A DNA stretch of 63,648 bases, counting the filler, from Octopus bimaculoides (taxonomy: Eukaryota), in NCBI RefSeq assembly GCF_001194135.2. It is 4 parts of 4 records of this genome, joined end to end, with 100 filler letters (N's around TTAATTAATTAA, not from the genome) between each part and the next. Parts side by side here need not be neighbours in the genome. Positions count along the whole stretch, not along the records: positions 1 to 31,758 come from NC_068994.1; positions 31,859 to 51,402 come from NC_068985.1; 2 more parts are not named here. One strand, written 5' to 3'. This document shows, piece by piece, positions 25,368-37,745 of the stretch (the first letter of the stretch is position 1; each line of letters starts with the position of its first letter). The notes under the pieces were generated by a model. The model was not told the DNA's origin and searched no databases. It saw nothing but the letters and a program-made list of their open reading frames with translations. Made by a program: the position numbers and the translations under genes.

Positions 25368-25647
25368 CACATTCTATGGAGGTGCTGTGTTAAAAACAAT
25401 AAATATCGGAGGGAGATTATTTTTATTCGGCTGGACGTTCTTTCGCATCATTAGTAAATGCTGTGTTTCATGTTTCCTATATCATTTGGCGACGTTCGGA
25501 CGTGTGGCTGGCTGCCAGTGATTGAAAAGGCCCTCCAAAAAAACAGCCGAAATGCATTTGACGTCCTCGTTCGCCGCTGTAAGGACGAGTTTTCGCTTTC
25601 TTCCGATATTTATTGTATTTTAACACAGCACGTCCGTAAGAAATGTA
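25368..25647. mobile_element. MITE-like element with ~34-bp terminal inverted repeats
   Basis: 25378-25410 ggaggtgctgtgttaaaaacaataaatatcgga matches the reverse complement of 25602-25635 with one mismatch and one indel. Superfamily not determined. Confidence 0.6.
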
Positions 25648-27039
25648 AGATGTTATATCAGTACTGCAGTAACTGGCCTATAAACGATATACATACATTA
25701 AGTACGACACATATAAACTTTATACAATATAGTAAATTACCTCGATCTAATGTAAGTTTAATTTAAATATTCATTATACAAGTTTATACATACACGGTGA
25801 GTGTTTATACTGAAGTAAAATTTATCAATTCATTCTCATTAAATTTTAAATATAAACTTACAAGATATAATAATTTCGGCACTTACACACCACATCTCCA
25901 CCAACTGTAACAAAAATATAAAGCCCTACAAAAACTGGTCAATTTATAATTAATATATTCCAGCAGAAGCAAACGACTTGTCTGTATATTCATGCTAACG
26001 TTACAAAACATACAGATACGTTTACTTAAATTGAAGAAAACATTAGCCATTAAAATGACCGCGTTTGAGCTATTATTTTATATTGATTTCTAATACAAAG
26101 GAAGGAAGAGGGGAAATGTAGTAGGATGATGTTATATTCATCAGAGAGTAGCGTTATGAGAATCAACATCTCATTTGAATGATTTAAAAGCTAAATTTGT
26201 ATTTTTAAAAAGCTTTTATAGTTTTAAACTTAGTTACCGTTCATACAATGTATTTGAAAACATTTAAAAAAATACGATAACGTTCAACTGAATGGGCTGA
26301 AAATCAAAACTGCAAGTAAACTATTCACCAAGGTTGTATAGTTAAGTATCACCCTAAATGAATATTTATACAAGCGCAATATTATCTCTAGGTTATATAC
26401 GCAGTAAAACATTTGATATTTAAAGAAGACTAATAAATTCAGTCTCGTTCAATTAAGAAGTTAAAAATTTATCTATCAGATAGAATTTTGTTTTACACTT
26501 TCGGATGCCATCCGAGTCAACACCGCTGTTTTCAAAATACAAATACTCCGTTGTTTCTTACTAGATGGCTTTTTCCTATTGTCATATATACTACAATACT
26601 ACGCAAACACATATACATAAGTGCATATATATGTATATATGTATATGTGTATAAATGTATATATGTATATATAAGTGCATGTATGTATATATTTCGTTGT
26701 TCGAAAAAAAATTCGTTTTCTATCTTTGTCTTTATGTTTTCGTTTTCCATTATGGTTAACGTTTTTTGTGATGTCCTGTACCCATATATGCTTGTATGTA
26801 TACATATAGATGTTGGTATGTACATACATGTATGGATATATGCATATAATTATATATTATTTATGTTATATAAATAATAATAAAAGAGTTACGACGCAAA
26901 AACGTATAAATTCAAAAGAACATATTTGTCTTCTTCAATATATATTTCAGTATAAAGAATTCATTAAGATGCTTTTTAAGTTAGCTTACCAATTATTTTT
27001 GTTGGTAGTTAATTTATAATATATTGATANNNNNNNNNN

Positions 27040-27083
<44 letters not shown>

Positions 27084-27420
27084 CATATATATACACAGAA
27101 CACGTCCAGGATTCAAGAGGATCAAGTACTTAAACAATGAAAGCACCAAGGTCATGTCGGTGATAGCGCTATCACCTTATATCGCATTACATAACGTGTA
27201 CAAACAATATATAATGACGAATACGTACATCTAAAGTAAACACGGATTTGTTCTCCACTTATGCATATATTCACAAATGGCTGACCGAATACTCAACAAG
27301 TTATCAAGGCCACACATGGGTACACTCACTGCACCTGTTGCACTGCCGTCTAGTATGCTCTAGATCCAAACGAATTGCAGCTTCCGAGTTAGATGAAGAA
27401 TAAACAAAATATATGGATAG

Positions 27421-27452
<32 letters not shown>

Positions 27453-28820
27453 GNNNNNNNNNNNNNNNNNNNNNNNNNNNNNNNNNNNNNNNNNNNNNNN
27501 NNNNNNNNNNNNNNNNNNNNNNNNNNNNNNNNNNNNNNNNNNNNNNNNNNNNNNNNNNNNNNNNNNNNNNNNNNNNNNNNNNNNNNNNNNNNNNNNNNNN
27601 NNNNNNNNNNNNNNNNNNNNNNNNNNNNNNNNNNNNNNNNNNNNNNNNNNNNNNNNNNNNNNNNNNNNNNNNNNNNNNNNNNNNNNNNNNNNNNNNNNNN
27701 NNNNNNNNNNNNNNNNNNNNNNNNNNNNNNNNNNNNNNNNNNNNNNNNNNNNNNNNNNNNNNNNNNNNNNNNNNNNNNNNNNNNNNNNNNNNNNNNNNNN
27801 NNNNNNNNNNNNNNNNNNNNNNNNNNNNNNNNNNNNNNNNNNNNNNNNNNNNNNNNNNNNNNNNNNNNNNNNNNNNNNNNNNNNNNNNNNNNNNNNNNNN
27901 NNNNNNNNNNNNNNNNNNNNNNNNNNNNNNNNNNNNNNNNNNNNNNNNNNNNNNNNNNNNNNNNNNNNNNNNNNNNNNNNNNNNNNNNNNNNNNNNNNNN
28001 NNNNNNNNNNNNNNNNNNNNNNNNNNNNNNNNNNNNNNNNNNNNNNNNNNNNNNNNNNNNNNNNNNNNNNNNNNNNNNNNNNNNNNNNNNNNNNNNNNNN
28101 NNNNNNNNNNNNNNNNNNNNNNNNNNNNNNNNNNNNNNNNNNNNNNNNNNNNNNNNNNNNNNNNNNNNNNNNNNNNNNNNNNNNNNNNNNNNNNNNNNNN
28201 NNNNNNNNNNNNNNNNNNNNNNNNNNNNNNNNNNNNNNNNNNNNNNNNNNNNNNNNNNNNNNNNNNNNNNNNNNNNNNNNNNNNNNNNNNNNNNNNNNNN
28301 NNNNNNNNNNNNNNNNNNNNNNNNNNCACACACACACAAACACACACACACACACACGCACACGCACGCACGCACGCACCACACACTCATCAAAATGTAG
28401 ATTTGAATATATATATTTTGGTAGATGTCATCTATTTAGAGTAAACCATTGAACCATAATTGTCTAAACCATTGAACCATAATTAAATGGTACGAATCAA
28501 TTATTATTGAATCTAATCAATATTTTAACGTTACATATAGTGTAATAGTTGCATTGTCCAGAAAGTGTTTGCCATAACTGAAGCATATAACCATTATGAC
28601 AGCAAAGGTAAAATGCTATATATTATATCATATGGCTATATATGGCTATATATTTCATATTAAGGTTAAAAGATCCATGTATAGATCACAGAGCATTTTC
28701 AATATTACAATATAAGTTTCAAGTAAATGTTGATGATGAGGCATAAGAAGTATAACGTATAACGATGACAAGTACAGTACCGGACTAATTAATTATCCGG
28801 CAAGTCTGGGACCGGAAGTG

Positions 28821-28952
28821 TTCCGGATTTCTGTATCTTCCGGTTTTCTGTATCTTCCGGTTTTCTGTATCTTCCGGTTTTCTGTATCTTCCGGTTTTCT
28901 GTATCTTCCAGTTTTCTGTATCTTCTGGTTTTCTGTATCTTCCGGTTTTCTG
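28821..28952 (+). repeat. 17-bp tandem repeat TTCCGGTTTTCTGTATC, 7 full units plus a partial
   Basis: Units start at 28821, 28838, 28855, 28872, 28889, 28906, 28923 and 28940. Confidence 0.95.
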
Positions 28953-29277
28953 GTAAGAGTCTAAATATATACTTAAAATATAAAATAAATTGTGATAAGT
29001 AAAGATCTAACTTGCCTTTAAAAGATTTGAATTAATACGTTTCTAAAGCAGAATGTGTTTGATATTTATTAATTCACTTAAAAATCTTATATGTTATACA
29101 GCACCACGTATACAGTATAATGGTTAGAGGACGAAAAATTATATATATATACCCAGGCCAATTTCCCATCTTTTTTAGAAGGGGGTAGCCACAATATTAC
29201 GTGCACCAAATACTCCGTTCATTTCCCAGCTTTAAGAGGCGAGCTCCGTCCTATGCTCGGGTCAATTATTTCCTTTT

Positions 29278-29337
<60 letters not shown>

Positions 29338-29435
29338 TCCATGCCATTATCAATTAATACTAAAAGTAAGTATAGAGCTTTTAAAGGTTATCGCTACAGA
29401 TTTTCTATAGAGACCATAGTTAGAACAGACATGTT

Positions 29436-29520
29436 ATGACGTTTCGGATCCGAATACGCCCAATGTAAACAATGGGATCGAAGATGTTTACATTACAAGT
29501 ATTCGGATACGAAATGTTGT
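29436..29520 (+). ncRNA. 85-nt imperfect hairpin, pre-miRNA-like candidate
   Basis: About 21 of 22 paired bases in the lower stem (3 G-U), a 4x4 internal loop, a 10-bp upper stem and a 13-nt loop. No expression evidence. Confidence 0.35.
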
Positions 29521-30053
29521 NNNNNNNNNNNNNNNNNNNNNNNNNNNNNNNNNNNNNNNNNNNNNNNNNNNNNNNNNNNNNNNNNNNNNNNNNNNNNNNN
29601 NNNNNNNNNNNNNNNNNNNNNNNNNNNNNNNNNNNNNNNNNNNNNNNNNNNNNNNNNNNNNNNNNNNNNNNNNNNNNNNNNNNNNNNNNNNNNNNNNNNN
29701 NNNNNNNNNNNNNNNNNNNNNNNNNNNNNNNNNNNNNNNNNNNNNNNNNNNNNNNNNNNNNNNNNNNNNNNNNNNNNNNNNNNNNNNNNNNNNNNNNNNN
29801 NNNNNNNNNNNNNNNNNNNNNNNNNNNNNNNNNNNNNNNNNNNNNNNNNNNNNNNNNNNNNNNNNNNNNNNNNNNNNNNNNNNNNNNNNNNNNNNNNNNN
29901 NNNNNNNNNNNNNNNNNNNNNNNNNNNNNNNNNNNNNNNNNNNNNNNNNNNNNNNNNNNNNNNNNNNNNNNNNNNNNNNNNNNNNNNNNNNNNNNNNNNN
30001 NNNNNNNNNNNNNNNNNNNNNNNNNNNNNNNNNNNNNNNNNNNNNNNNNNNNN

Positions 30054-30358
30054 CAAAGACCTGGAAATAGAGGTAACTCGAATGTGGAATCTAAAAACAG
30101 AAACAATTCCTATCATAGTAGGTGCCTTAGGTATAATAAAAAAATATTCAGACAAATACATAACAAAAACACCAGAACTTACAAATATATATAACATACA
30201 GAAAATTGCACTACTGGGCACTGCACACATCCTACACAAAACACTTTCAATACAGTAACCATAAGAGCATCACAGCAAACCACAGCACATACCCAAGGCG
30301 CACAGAGCTGCGCTCGGTAGTGAAGTGAAAGCACGTTATAAAACTAAAACTACTGAAC

Positions 30359-30397
<39 letters not shown>
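30054..30397 (+). mobile_element. 3' end of Dong/R4-type non-LTR retrotransposon plus (TAA)n
   Basis: KDLEIEVTRMWNLKTETIPIIVGALGII...QKIALLGTAHIL resembles an RLE-domain C-terminus. Stop at 30256-30258, short 3' UTR, then (TAA)n. Near-identical to 51503-51858. Confidence 0.8.
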
Positions 30398-30398
<1 letters not shown>

Positions 30399-30400
30399 TG

Positions 30401-30470
30401 AATACATTTTCTTTATAACTACACATTTTCTTTATAACTACACATTTTCCTTATAACTACACATTTTCTA
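30401..30470 (+). repeat. 19-bp tandem repeat (TACACATTTTCTTTATAAC), about 3.5 units
   Basis: Direct reading. Confidence 0.85.
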
Positions 30471-30944
30471 TTTCTTTTGTGCCTTATCTCTGTGTTCGGA
30501 AATTTTCCTGAATATATCACACACTCCGTCGCATTATTAAAATGCAAACATATATTATTACCACACACATATAGATACGTATCTTCAAATTTGCATATAT
30601 ATTTAGGTGTGTGGTGTGTCTGTGTGTATATGCGTGTATTCGTTCATATATACATATGCATACATATGTATGAATTAGTCCGTATTAACGATCTAATAAG
30701 CAATGTTTTTTTAAGCTGTAAGAGTACTTTTGATTTAGCCGACGCTAGCGGTGCACCAGTACATATACAAAACAAATGTAAACAAATACATGAGCAATAA
30801 ACATCGCAGCGAGCTCTATTTTGGGCACTCCTCAGTAAATGTGCAACGACCAGACATCTGTCTTTAGAGTCATTGAGTACGTAGTAACGGCAAGTAGTGT
30901 CTTTACTAAACCGGTGAACCCAATTTGCATGAACAGAGTATTCT

Positions 30945-31166
30945 TATTCCTTTATTGCCCACAAAGGGCTAAACATAGAGGATATAAACAAGGACAAAGA
31001 GATTAAGTCGATTACATCAACCCCAGTGCATAACTGGTACTTATTTAATCGACCCCGAAAGGATGAAAGGCTAAGTCGACCTCGGCGGAACTTGAACTCA
31101 GAACGTAACGGCAGACGAAATACCGCTAAGCATTTCGCCCGGCGCGCTAACATTTCTGCCAGCTCG
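30945..31166 (-). mobile_element. Full-length SINE family A
   Basis: Nearly co-linear with 9704-9934. Confidence 0.9.
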
Positions 31167-31396
31167 AGTATTCTTTTAGCTAGTTCAAATAATCAATTGC
31201 TGATACTCCAAGGAGCATGTTTTTGATACCATAGTTTTACTGTAGAATAATTCAAGAACGGTCGTAAAAGTTTTAGCTGGTCCAACATATGTAAATGGAT
31301 GAAGAAATGCAAAAATAAATAAGTAAATAAATAAAAATAGATGTAAAATGAGGGCTAGGCTCAGCAATCCCTTTCGGTCCTATTCTGGGCATTCAT

Positions 31397-31405
31397 ATCT
31401 ATCTA

Positions 31406-31450
<45 letters not shown>

Positions 31451-31453
31451 ATG

Positions 31454-31538
<85 letters not shown>

Positions 31539-31549
31539 ATGTCTGTCTG

Positions 31550-31596
<47 letters not shown>

Positions 31597-31758
31597 GCCT
31601 GTTTGTTTGTCAGTCAGTAAGAGTATCTCTCTGTCTCTCTGTCTCTCTGTCTCTCTGTTTCTGTCTCTCTCTGTCTCTCTGTCTCTCTGTCTCTGTCTCT
31701 CTGTCTCTCTGTTTCTGTCTCTCTCTGTCTCTCTGTCTCTCTGTCTCTGTCTCTCTGT
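31397..31758 (+). repeat. Compound (TCTG)n/(TCTA)n/(CTCTGT)n simple repeats
   Basis: Direct reading; ends at an assembly linker. Confidence 0.9.
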
Positions 31759-31858
31759 NNNNNNNNNNNNNNNNNNNNNNNNNNNNNNNNNNNNNNNNNN
31801 NNTTAATTAATTAANNNNNNNNNNNNNNNNNNNNNNNNNNNNNNNNNNNNNNNNNNNN
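31759..31858. other. Artificial scaffold-join linker N44-TTAATTAATTAA-N44
   Basis: Exactly 100 bp with a palindromic six-frame-stop 12-mer; identical to the linkers at 51403 and 62365. Confidence 0.95.
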
Positions 31859-32015
31859 CGTGACTATGACAACAATCCGAATACTTATTGATCAGCCAAC
31901 GTATATATGATGGGTGAGTGTTTGAGTGTTTTTTTTTTTGTGTGTGTGTAAGGAATATGATGAGTTTAGTTCACTCGTGATATAACGGAATATGTAGGCT
32001 GAGTGCATGCTATGA

Positions 32016-32256
32016 TTGTACAATTTTATATTTAAGAGATGTGGACTTATGTACATTATTTACGTTATTTACATTTGATGGATATTTGTCCTCATCTTGT
32101 TTGTTTTTAACATAACGTTTCGGCTGATATACCCTCCACCCTTCATCAGGTCTCTCTTGGGCATGAAGGCTGGAGGCTATATCAGCCGAAAAGTTGTGTA
32201 AATAACAGAGAAGTTGAGGACAAATATCCGTCAAATGTAAATAATGTAAATGATGT
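32016..32256 (-). mobile_element. PLE-type tail insertion with inverted arms and hammerhead motif
   Basis: 9-bp direct repeat ATGCTATGA (32007-32015 and 32257-32265). Minus-strand GAGAC-CTGATGA-A-GGGTG...CAGCC-GAAAC-GTT-ATGTT at 32109-32154, plus an inverted second arm at 32163-32256. Confidence 0.8.
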
Positions 32257-32741
32257 ATGCTATGACTAGTCATCATTAAGGTTCCAAGTACACAGCTAAG
32301 CCTGGAGTTATGGATCGGTATTAGGCTTGCGTCTCAGCAGGTATTTATTAGAGGAAAAGAACAACAGAAAGCAATTCAGGACGAGTATCTCAAGTGATTT
32401 ATAATTATTTAGTCCTTACTGTTGAGGCATCGAAAATCGCCGAAACTGAGCGGTCAGTATAGGGAATTGTCCACCCATAGTTTTCCGGTGACTATAGTCC
32501 TCGTCAGTGTGTATGTATACAATTATATGCTTTGACTACAGCATTAGAGCATTTTGGCTCTTATTTCTAGCAATATAAGTGTTTCTGACACCCTAATCAC
32601 TTTCAGTGCAATTATAGATTTCCTTTTTGGTAAAACATTGCAGGCAGTTGTCTATATTAATTTTCTATATTATACATACATACACACATACATACAGGCA
32701 CATACACACACGCGCGCACCCCCCACACACATACACCCACG

Positions 32742-32777
<36 letters not shown>

Positions 32778-34088
32778 NNNNNNNNNNNNNNNNNNNNNNN
32801 NNNNNNNNNNNNNNNNNNNNNNNNNNNNNNNNNNNNNNNNNNNNNNNNNNNNNNNNNNNNNNNNNNNNNNNNNNNNNNNNNNNNNNNNNNNNNNNNNNNN
32901 NNNNNNNNNNNNNNNNNNNNNNNNNNNNNNNNNNNNNNNNNNNNNNNNNNNNNNNNNNNNNNNNNNNNNNNNNNNNNNNNNNNNNNNNNNNNNNNNNNNN
33001 NNNNNNNNNNNNNNNNNNNNNNNNNNNNNNNNNNNNNNNNNNNNNNNNNNNNNNNNNNNNNNNNNNNNNNNNNNNNNNNNNNNNNNNNNNNNNNNNNNNN
33101 NNNNNNNNNNNNNNNNNNNNNNNNNNNNNNNNNNNNNNNNNNNNNNNNNNNNNNNNNNNNNNNNNNNNNNNNNNNNNNNNNNNNNNNNNNNNNNNNNNNN
33201 NNNNNNNNNNNNNNNNNNNNNNNNNNNNNNNNNNNNNNNNNNNNNNNNNNNNNNNNNNNNNNNNNNNNNNNNNNNNNNNNNNNNNNNNNNNNNNNNNNNN
33301 NNNNNNNNNNNNNNNNNNNNNNNNNNNNNNNNNNNNNNNNNNNNNNNNNNNNNNNNNNNNNNNNNNATATATGTACAGAGCGAGTGAGAGAGAGAGCAAG
33401 TGTCAGCGTACGACATATATTTGCTGGGCAATTATCAAATGTCTGGTGCTGTTATACTGGTTTTTAATGTTGAAATTTCGATCAGCTTCTGCCATATAAA
33501 GCAGTAAACATCGGATGAAAACAACAGACTACAAGGTATTTGCCGCAATCTCACTGGAAATGTCATCCAGTAAATTGTATCTGTTTGTATACTGTGTTAC
33601 TGTAAAAAGATAATATTATTCATCGATTATGCAAACATTTCTCGCCATGCTCTTCAAAATTAAGGAGAAATATATTGATCTTTTTTTCTTGTTTTGGTTT
33701 ATAGGTGTCTGAGAAAACACATTAGAACAGTTCATTCTCACTCTGTGCTTGTTAATTTTCAAATCTTTCTTCTATTCAATACGCTGTGTTTATATTTATC
33801 TTCATTGTACCTTTAATCTTGTTAGATAAGAGATCATTGTCAATCGCTGCCACTCCTATAAATACCTACACAGACACTTACAAGTTCTTTTATTTCCTCA
33901 GTGAATTGACTCATATTGAACTATCCAAAAAGATAAAAGATAATTTGCACCAATTGACATACATATACGCTATCGCACCATTTGATCAGGACAGTGCCAA
34001 ACTAACGGTTTTAATAATTTTGGCATTTTGAAAAATTATCACAAAGAACTGATTCTTGTATATTTATTAAACAGCAAACACATACACA

Positions 34089-34140
<52 letters not shown>

Positions 34141-34355
34141 AATATACATATGTATATGCTCATGAGTGTATATATATATANNNNNNNNNNNNNNNNNNNN
34201 NNNNNNNNNNNNNNNNNNNNNNNNNNNNNNNNNNNNNNNNNNNNNNNNNNNNNNNNNNNNNNNNNNNNNNNNNNNNNNNNNNNNNNNNNNNNNNNNNNNN
34301 NNNNNNNNNNNNNNNNNNNNNNNNNNNNNNNNNNNNNNNNNNNNNNNNNNNNNNN

Positions 34356-34765
34356 CAGACTATAGTTAAGCTCCAGGTTGGGTGATTATGAAAATGAGGA
34401 GTCCAACGTAGATCGTATATCAGCATGTGAATATATAAAAAATCTTAACAGAATGAGATAAAAATCCAAGGCTGTGAAAGATTTCACACCATTTATAAAT
34501 AGAATGTCTTACAGCTGTTTCCGAGATATTATATATATATATCCCTTCATCAGAGACGGTGTGAGAAGATGGTAAAGCAATAATTATTCTAGATTAGATA
34601 TGAAATAGAGAGTGAAGTGGAGGAATGAAAATAGACGTGAGTTATGCAGGGATATTGTATCTTCAGTTACATTATTTAGGCAGAATGGTATACATATTAG
34701 ATTAATGTGATTAAGCACCAATGCGATTAAGCTCCAATAGTATTTAAAACTTGTCATTCAATTTT
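34356..34765 (-). mobile_element. PLE-type 3' region with hammerhead motif at 34506-34557
   Basis: Minus strand GTCT-CTGATGA-A-GGGATAT...ATATCTC-G-GAAAC-AGCT-GTA|AGAC; homologous to 57005-57400. Confidence 0.75.
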
Positions 34766-34824
34766 GAATGACCAATTTAAATATATATATAGAGAGATAG
34801 ATATACATATGCTAATATGTATCT

Positions 34825-34867
<43 letters not shown>

Positions 34868-36605
34868 TAGCTGCGTGTCTTTTATGTCTGTGTTTTTCAC
34901 CCTCTGCTTCAACCCCTTAGAAGTTTGGCTAAACAAATTGATTTAAATGAGTATCGATCTTAAAGAAAGGAAATAAATACAACAATTTTGGATGTCGAGT
35001 TATTCTGCAAACTTGATATGTCTGAACATCTACAATCTCCGATCGAATCAAGTAAAATAACTGAAACGTTAAGAAATAAAAGGTAGACTTCTATATTATA
35101 CATATTCTTTTCAGCAAACAGACTAACATTATGCAGAAATTCATATTTCGCCTGGTAAGGACAAAGAAATAAATCGATACACTACAGTGAACGATGGGGG
35201 TGATAGCATATTTAATGATTAGATTACTGTATAGTAAGATAAAACGCAGCACTTAATATGTTTTAAAAATCAATCTACGTAGACATTTGGTCTAAAATTG
35301 CTGAAAGCGTCGTATGCTTAATAATGTTTCCTCTATAAATCATCGTTTTGAACAAGGATGTAACTGAAATATATTGAAACATATTTGAAATCACAAAGAA
35401 GAAAAACAGTAAAGATGATTGCAAACAAACATTTAAGCAGGCCAAGAATTTGGTATTGAATATACAAATTATCTATCTCTTAGAGAATAGTATACACTGA
35501 ATTTATTGTATCAAAAAATACTCTTCCTAGTGATCTCCTTGAAGCAGATCCAGAGAGAGGGCTGTAATTTGTAAATCTCTTGTGTTCACCATTAACATTG
35601 ATAAGGGAGCAATAACTATCTGTGTGTTTTGACTCATCACGTCTATGTTTTTGCTCATAAGTGTAGAACAAATTGTTACGAAATAGAACTATGGTACAGA
35701 TATTGTAGCGCAATCACCCTGAGAAATAGTGCTCCGACACACAGTGAGCGTTATTCAAGTTTGGTAAGAATATCACTAAATCGGAACAAGGCATTTGAAT
35801 TGTTCCCAGCGATTAACACTAGAATCGGAACAACTCAGTAACAAAAAATAAATTTTCTGTTTAACAATTAATTTCCGTTTCTTAGTCCAACCATTGCAGC
35901 CACACACATATACACACGAGCGCCCCATCCCCAGTACACATACGCATAAGAGCAACCCATGACAGATATTGTTAAAACATTACATTTATAAGGTTAGCTG
36001 TCATGATTTGAGGAGTGTTAGAAATATTAACACTAATAACACGGATATAAATTGGAAATAGTTTTGTAAAACGCGTAGCCGATAATTTAGACTACACAGG
36101 CATATTTAGGTACCAATAAATATGACATGAATTAATTATTTTTTTTAAATGGTTGAATAATGAGATATCGGAAGCGTACAACATGGCTTCCTGCTGAATA
36201 GATAGGGCACGTATGTGATATTTATTTCTTTATCTGTTACATGCAAGCGGAATTAACTCTTATTCACACTTTTCAAATCTGTCATTTGAAAAAAAATATG
36301 CTGATCTACTAATTGAACTTGGTGAAAATTTCATCGTGCAGAACATACCAAAGCTGAATGCGGTTTACAAAAGAGAGATTGGAAATTTTTGCGAACAACA
36401 TTCTGAAATGAAAAGCGAAGAGGTTCTTTTTTTTTTCTTTTGGAATGTGTATAAGTTACAACAAAATATAATCTTCACTGCTTCAAAACAAATTAACTAT
36501 TTCTTTTGGCGTATGGTTTGTCGTCAATTGAGGTGTATTTTCTTAGACGAACATTTAGAATTTCGATCATTGAAGTTGCGTTCATTTTTTATAAGTATTT
36601 TGTAT

Positions 36606-36990
36606 AGGCGCAGGAGTGGCTGTGTGGTAAGTATCTTGCTTACCAACCACATGGTTCCGGCTACATTCTCACTGCGTTCCACCCGGGGCAAGTGCCTTCT
36701 GCTATAGCCTCGGGCCGACCAAATCCTTGTGAGTGGATTTGGGAGAAGGAAACTGAAAGAAGCCCGTCGTATATTTTAGTGTTTGCGTGTCTGTGTTTGT
36801 CCCCACCCCTCAAATCGCTTGACAACTGATGCTGGTGTGTTTACGCCTCCGTAACTTAGGGGTTCGGCAAAACTGACTGATAGAACAAGTACTAGGCTTA
36901 CAAAAAGTAAGTCTTATTTACTCGACTGAAGACGGTGCTCCAGCATAGCCGCAATCAAATGACTGAAACAAATAAAAGAATAAAAGAATA
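36606..36990 (+). mobile_element. Full-length SINE family C (tRNA head, CORE-like segment)
   Basis: aggcgcaggagtggctgtgtggtaag head, gggcaagtgccttct CORE-like segment, internal simple-repeat spacer, and AAAAGAAT tail. Confidence 0.85.
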
Positions 36991-37054
36991 ATGAAATATA
37001 AAGTAGAATAACGAAATTTATGCAATAATTTTTAGAACACACACACACACACAG

Positions 37055-37086
<32 letters not shown>

Positions 37087-37188
37087 GTGTGTGTGTGTAT
37101 GTGTGTGTATATNNNNNNNNNNNNNNNNNNNNNNNNNNNNNNNNNNNNNNNNNNNNNNNNNNNNNNNNNATATATATATATATATATA

Positions 37189-37745
37189 CAGGATGCGATG
37201 GCTAAATTGTTGCTATTTTACATTCTTACTTCTGTGCGTGCGCATTTTTTAAAAATTTGTTACTACACAGTATGTAGGGTTAGTTGGGCACTGTCTATGA
37301 GAAAAATAAAACCATGTAACAATTCACTCTGCCAGAAATTTAGAAAAGGCAGGCTCTATTGCTTAGCATTCGCCACGGAAGCTCAAATACGAATATTTAA
37401 GAGTGTTTAGTTGCCACTCTGAGGACATGTACAGAGTTTAAGAAAAATTAGTCATCCAGTGAACGTCATAGTGTTTGGAGTGATCACTATTGATGGCCAC
37501 GTTTATATTCCCACACAGATGCCTGCATCAAGTGCCTGCAGAAGGTAGTTCTGCAGTGGGTCAAGAGGGTGGCTATTGGATGACCGTAAGTCTAGCAACA
37601 GGTATTTGTACTAGACAACACAGTCAGGAGAAAACAGTCATGGCTGTCAGACAATTTCTGCGACCACATCACCCCTTACATAGTGCCAATGCAGAATTGT
37701 AATCATTGAATTCGTTGAGAAGTTAGGTGCATCATAAGAGAAAGT
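37189..37745 (+). mobile_element. Internally deleted Tc1/mariner (DD37D/maT-type) transposon remnant
   Basis: Left end TA|CAGGATGCGATGGCTAAATTG. Decayed transposase HPVNVIVFGVITIDG...FIFPH...IKCLQKVVLQWVKRVA...QQ...QSWLSDNFCDHITP with in-frame stops. Confidence 0.8.

Noticed and set aside
28821-28952. CRISPR-like array
   Set aside because: No spacers, eukaryotic context and no cas genes.
33901-34031. Exon after the strong acceptor tttcctcag
   Set aside because: No suitable donor and no recognisable peptide.
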